This document shows positions 62,419 to 64,000 of a stretch of 64,000 nt of DNA, piece by piece. Position 1 is the stretch's first letter. The number at the start of each line of letters is the position of its first letter. The position numbers were made by a program, and so were the translations under genes. Below the pieces are notes generated by a model. It had not been told where the DNA came from. It was given only the letters and a program-made list of their open reading frames with translations, and did not search any database. Origin of the DNA: Geopsychrobacteraceae bacterium (lineage in GTDB: Bacteria; Desulfobacterota; Desulfuromonadia; Desulfuromonadales; Geopsychrobacteraceae); the NCBI GenBank assembly GCA_963662315.1, contig OY759353.1, forward strand, positions 192,001 to 256,000, written 5' to 3'.

Positions 62419-63569
62419 AAGGCTCATTGGAACAGGTCTGGAACGCCATTGATGTACCGCGTTTGCAGCGCATGCTGATCGAAATGATTGATATCTATTC
62501 CCCCTCTGGAAAAGAGGAGGATATCCAGCTTTACCTAGAAGAAATTCTGGCGACAGCAGGCATCTCGGTGCAACGTCAGGAGGTTGAAGAAGAGCGCTTC
62601 AATCTGGTCGCACGGATGGGAGCAGAACCGACGCAACTGTTTTTTGTCGGCCACGTCGACACAGTAACCGCCTGGGATATCGATAAATATGCTGCTGTTG
62701 AGGAATGGGGGATTGTGCGGGGGCTTGGCAGTGCCGACATGAAAGGGGGGTGTGCTGCCATGGTCGAGGCCTGGTTGTCCCTGGCGACACTGCCTGAAGA
62801 TCAACGTCCCTCAGTCGGGTTGTTGCTGGTTGTCGGGGAAGAAGAGAACGGTGACGGCAGTATGCGCTTTTTGGAGAACGAATGCCCTCCTTGGGTGGTC
62901 ATCGGTGAACCGACTTCGATGCTACCGGCCTTTTGCCATTTCGGTTATATGGAGGTGGGATTGACAACCCAGGGGCGGCGTATCCATTCGTCTTTGCCGG
63001 AATTGGGGCACAATGCCATCGAATCGATGCTGCGGGTTCTGCTGCAAATTGAAAGAGCTGCCATTTCTAAACAGGATGACGAAGACAAACTGGTCTATTC
63101 CATTCGAGAAATGAGCTCTTCCCGGGCTGGTTTTGTTGTTCCTGATCGGTGTGAGACCATGATTGATCTGCATTTGCCCCCCGAAACAGATCCCGTCCTG
63201 ATCCGTTTGAAACTGGAAAAGATTTTCGAGAAAACTCGTGCCACGATCAAGGACCTGCATCTTGACGTCTCCTTTGCCTTTGAATCGGGAGGGTATCAGC
63301 TGCCGCGCAAAAACCCCCTGGCGTATACTCTTGAAGATGTCTTCCCGCGCATGAATCTGCCTTTGGAATTTGTACCGTTTCGGTCCCATTCAGATGGTAA
63401 CCTGTTTTATCGGGCTGGCAGCAAACCACTTATTCTGGGTCCCGGTTCGCTGGAAACCGCCCACACGGCTGAAGAACAGACCAGCTTTGCTGAGGTTGAA
63501 GCCGCTGCGAGAGTTTATGCCGCTCTGGCGCTGGGATTTGAGGCCGCTTCAGTAGCTTTGAAGAGATAA
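62415..63569 (+). CDS. M20-family metallo-hydrolase (ArgE/DapE-like)
   Basis: GHVDTV, GLGSADMKGG, GEEE, GEPT, AHTAEE; ATGA overlap with the GNAT. Confidence 0.85.
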   Translation: MKGSLEQVWNAIDVPRLQRMLIEMIDIYSPSGKEEDIQLYLEEILATAGISVQRQEVEEERFNLVARMGAEPTQLFFVGHVDTVTAWDIDKYAAVEEWGIVRGLGSADMKGGCAAMVEAWLSLATLPEDQRPSVGLLLVVGEEENGDGSMRFLENECPPWVVIGEPTSMLPAFCHFGYMEVGLTTQGRRIHSSLPELGHNAIESMLRVLLQIERAAISKQDDEDKLVYSIREMSSSRAGFVVPDRCETMIDLHLPPETDPVLIRLKLEKIFEKTRATIKDLHLDVSFAFESGGYQLPRKNPLAYTLEDVFPRMNLPLEFVPFRSHSDGNLFYRAGSKPLILGPGSLETAHTAEEQTSFAEVEAAARVYAALALGFEAASVALKR

Positions 63570-63604
63570 GCTTTTATTTTTCAGATTCAGGAGGCAGAAG
63601 CGTA

Positions 63605-63640
63605 TAAGGGCGACAACGGGTTTCGTAGTTGTCGCCCTTA
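63605..63640. terminator. Terminator between convergent genes
   Basis: TAAGGGCGACAAC / GTTGTCGCCCTTA perfect 13-bp inverted repeat. Confidence 0.7.
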
Positions 63641-63648
63641 AAGAGGTT

Positions 63649-64000
63649 CTAGGAGAGTCTGTTTTTGAAATCCTCGTAACCAAATGACTTGACCAGTTCT
63701 ATGTTGCCATTGGTTTGAGCATAATAGATCGATGGCAATTTGACCCCGTTGAAGGTATTGGTCTTAACCATCGAGTAAATGGCCATATCGAGAAAAATCA
63801 GATGGTCCCCTTCGTTCAGCGGGCGGTCAAAGGAATAATCCCCGATTACGTCTCCTGCCAGGCATGAAAGTCCACCCAGGCGGTAAGTGTAGGTTTTTTC
63901 TCCTGGCAGCCCGGCGCCAATGATCTCTGGGCGATACGGCATTTCCAGGACGTCGGGCATATGATCCGTTGCTGAAACATTGAGGATGGCATTCTGAACG
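63649..64000 (-). CDS. nspC: Carboxynorspermidine decarboxylase, C-terminal part (runs off the window end)
   Basis: HMPDVLEMPYRP, SCLAGDVIGDYSF, YSMVKTNTFNG, YEDFKNRLS. Confidence 0.9.
   Translation of the reverse strand, partial: VQNAILNVSATDHMPDVLEMPYRPEIIGAGLPGEKTYTYRLGGLSCLAGDVIGDYSFDRPLNEGDHLIFLDMAIYSMVKTNTFNGVKLPSIYYAQTNGNIELVKSFGYEDFKNRLS

Overview
A gene-dense 64 kb chromosomal window, probably from an anaerobic deltaproteobacterium (Desulfuromonadales-like; inferred from protein style, not tested). I saw no rRNA, tRNA, CRISPR array, prophage or transposase. In order, it holds: an aspartase-NhaC/MleN-asparaginase operon; a dihydroxyacetone kinase locus (dhaR-dhaK-dhaL) whose DhaM is fused to a complete Enzyme I; stress and transport genes (HxlR/cupin, an orphan RelE-like protein with a Cys4 insert, MFS, DASS, aroE, MCE lipoprotein, cheV, katG); an AraC-linked amine catabolism cluster (23.6-34.3 kb) interrupted by a long-hairpin element; ppsR and a sensor pair; a 16 kb catabolic block (39.3-55.6 kb); then hemB, rhlE, a cold-shock gene, GNAT/M20 and the end of nspC. 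The most interesting signal is the 39.3-55.6 kb block. Its four transcription units share an identically spaced LysR-type promoter motif, and its enzyme set (SDR, two cyclase-family hydrolases, 3-hydroxyacyl-CoA-DH family, BKACE, AtoDA, two thiolases) resembles anaerobic phloroglucinol/triacetate degradation with extra, atypical parts. All product calls come from motif and family recognition by eye; no database searches were run.
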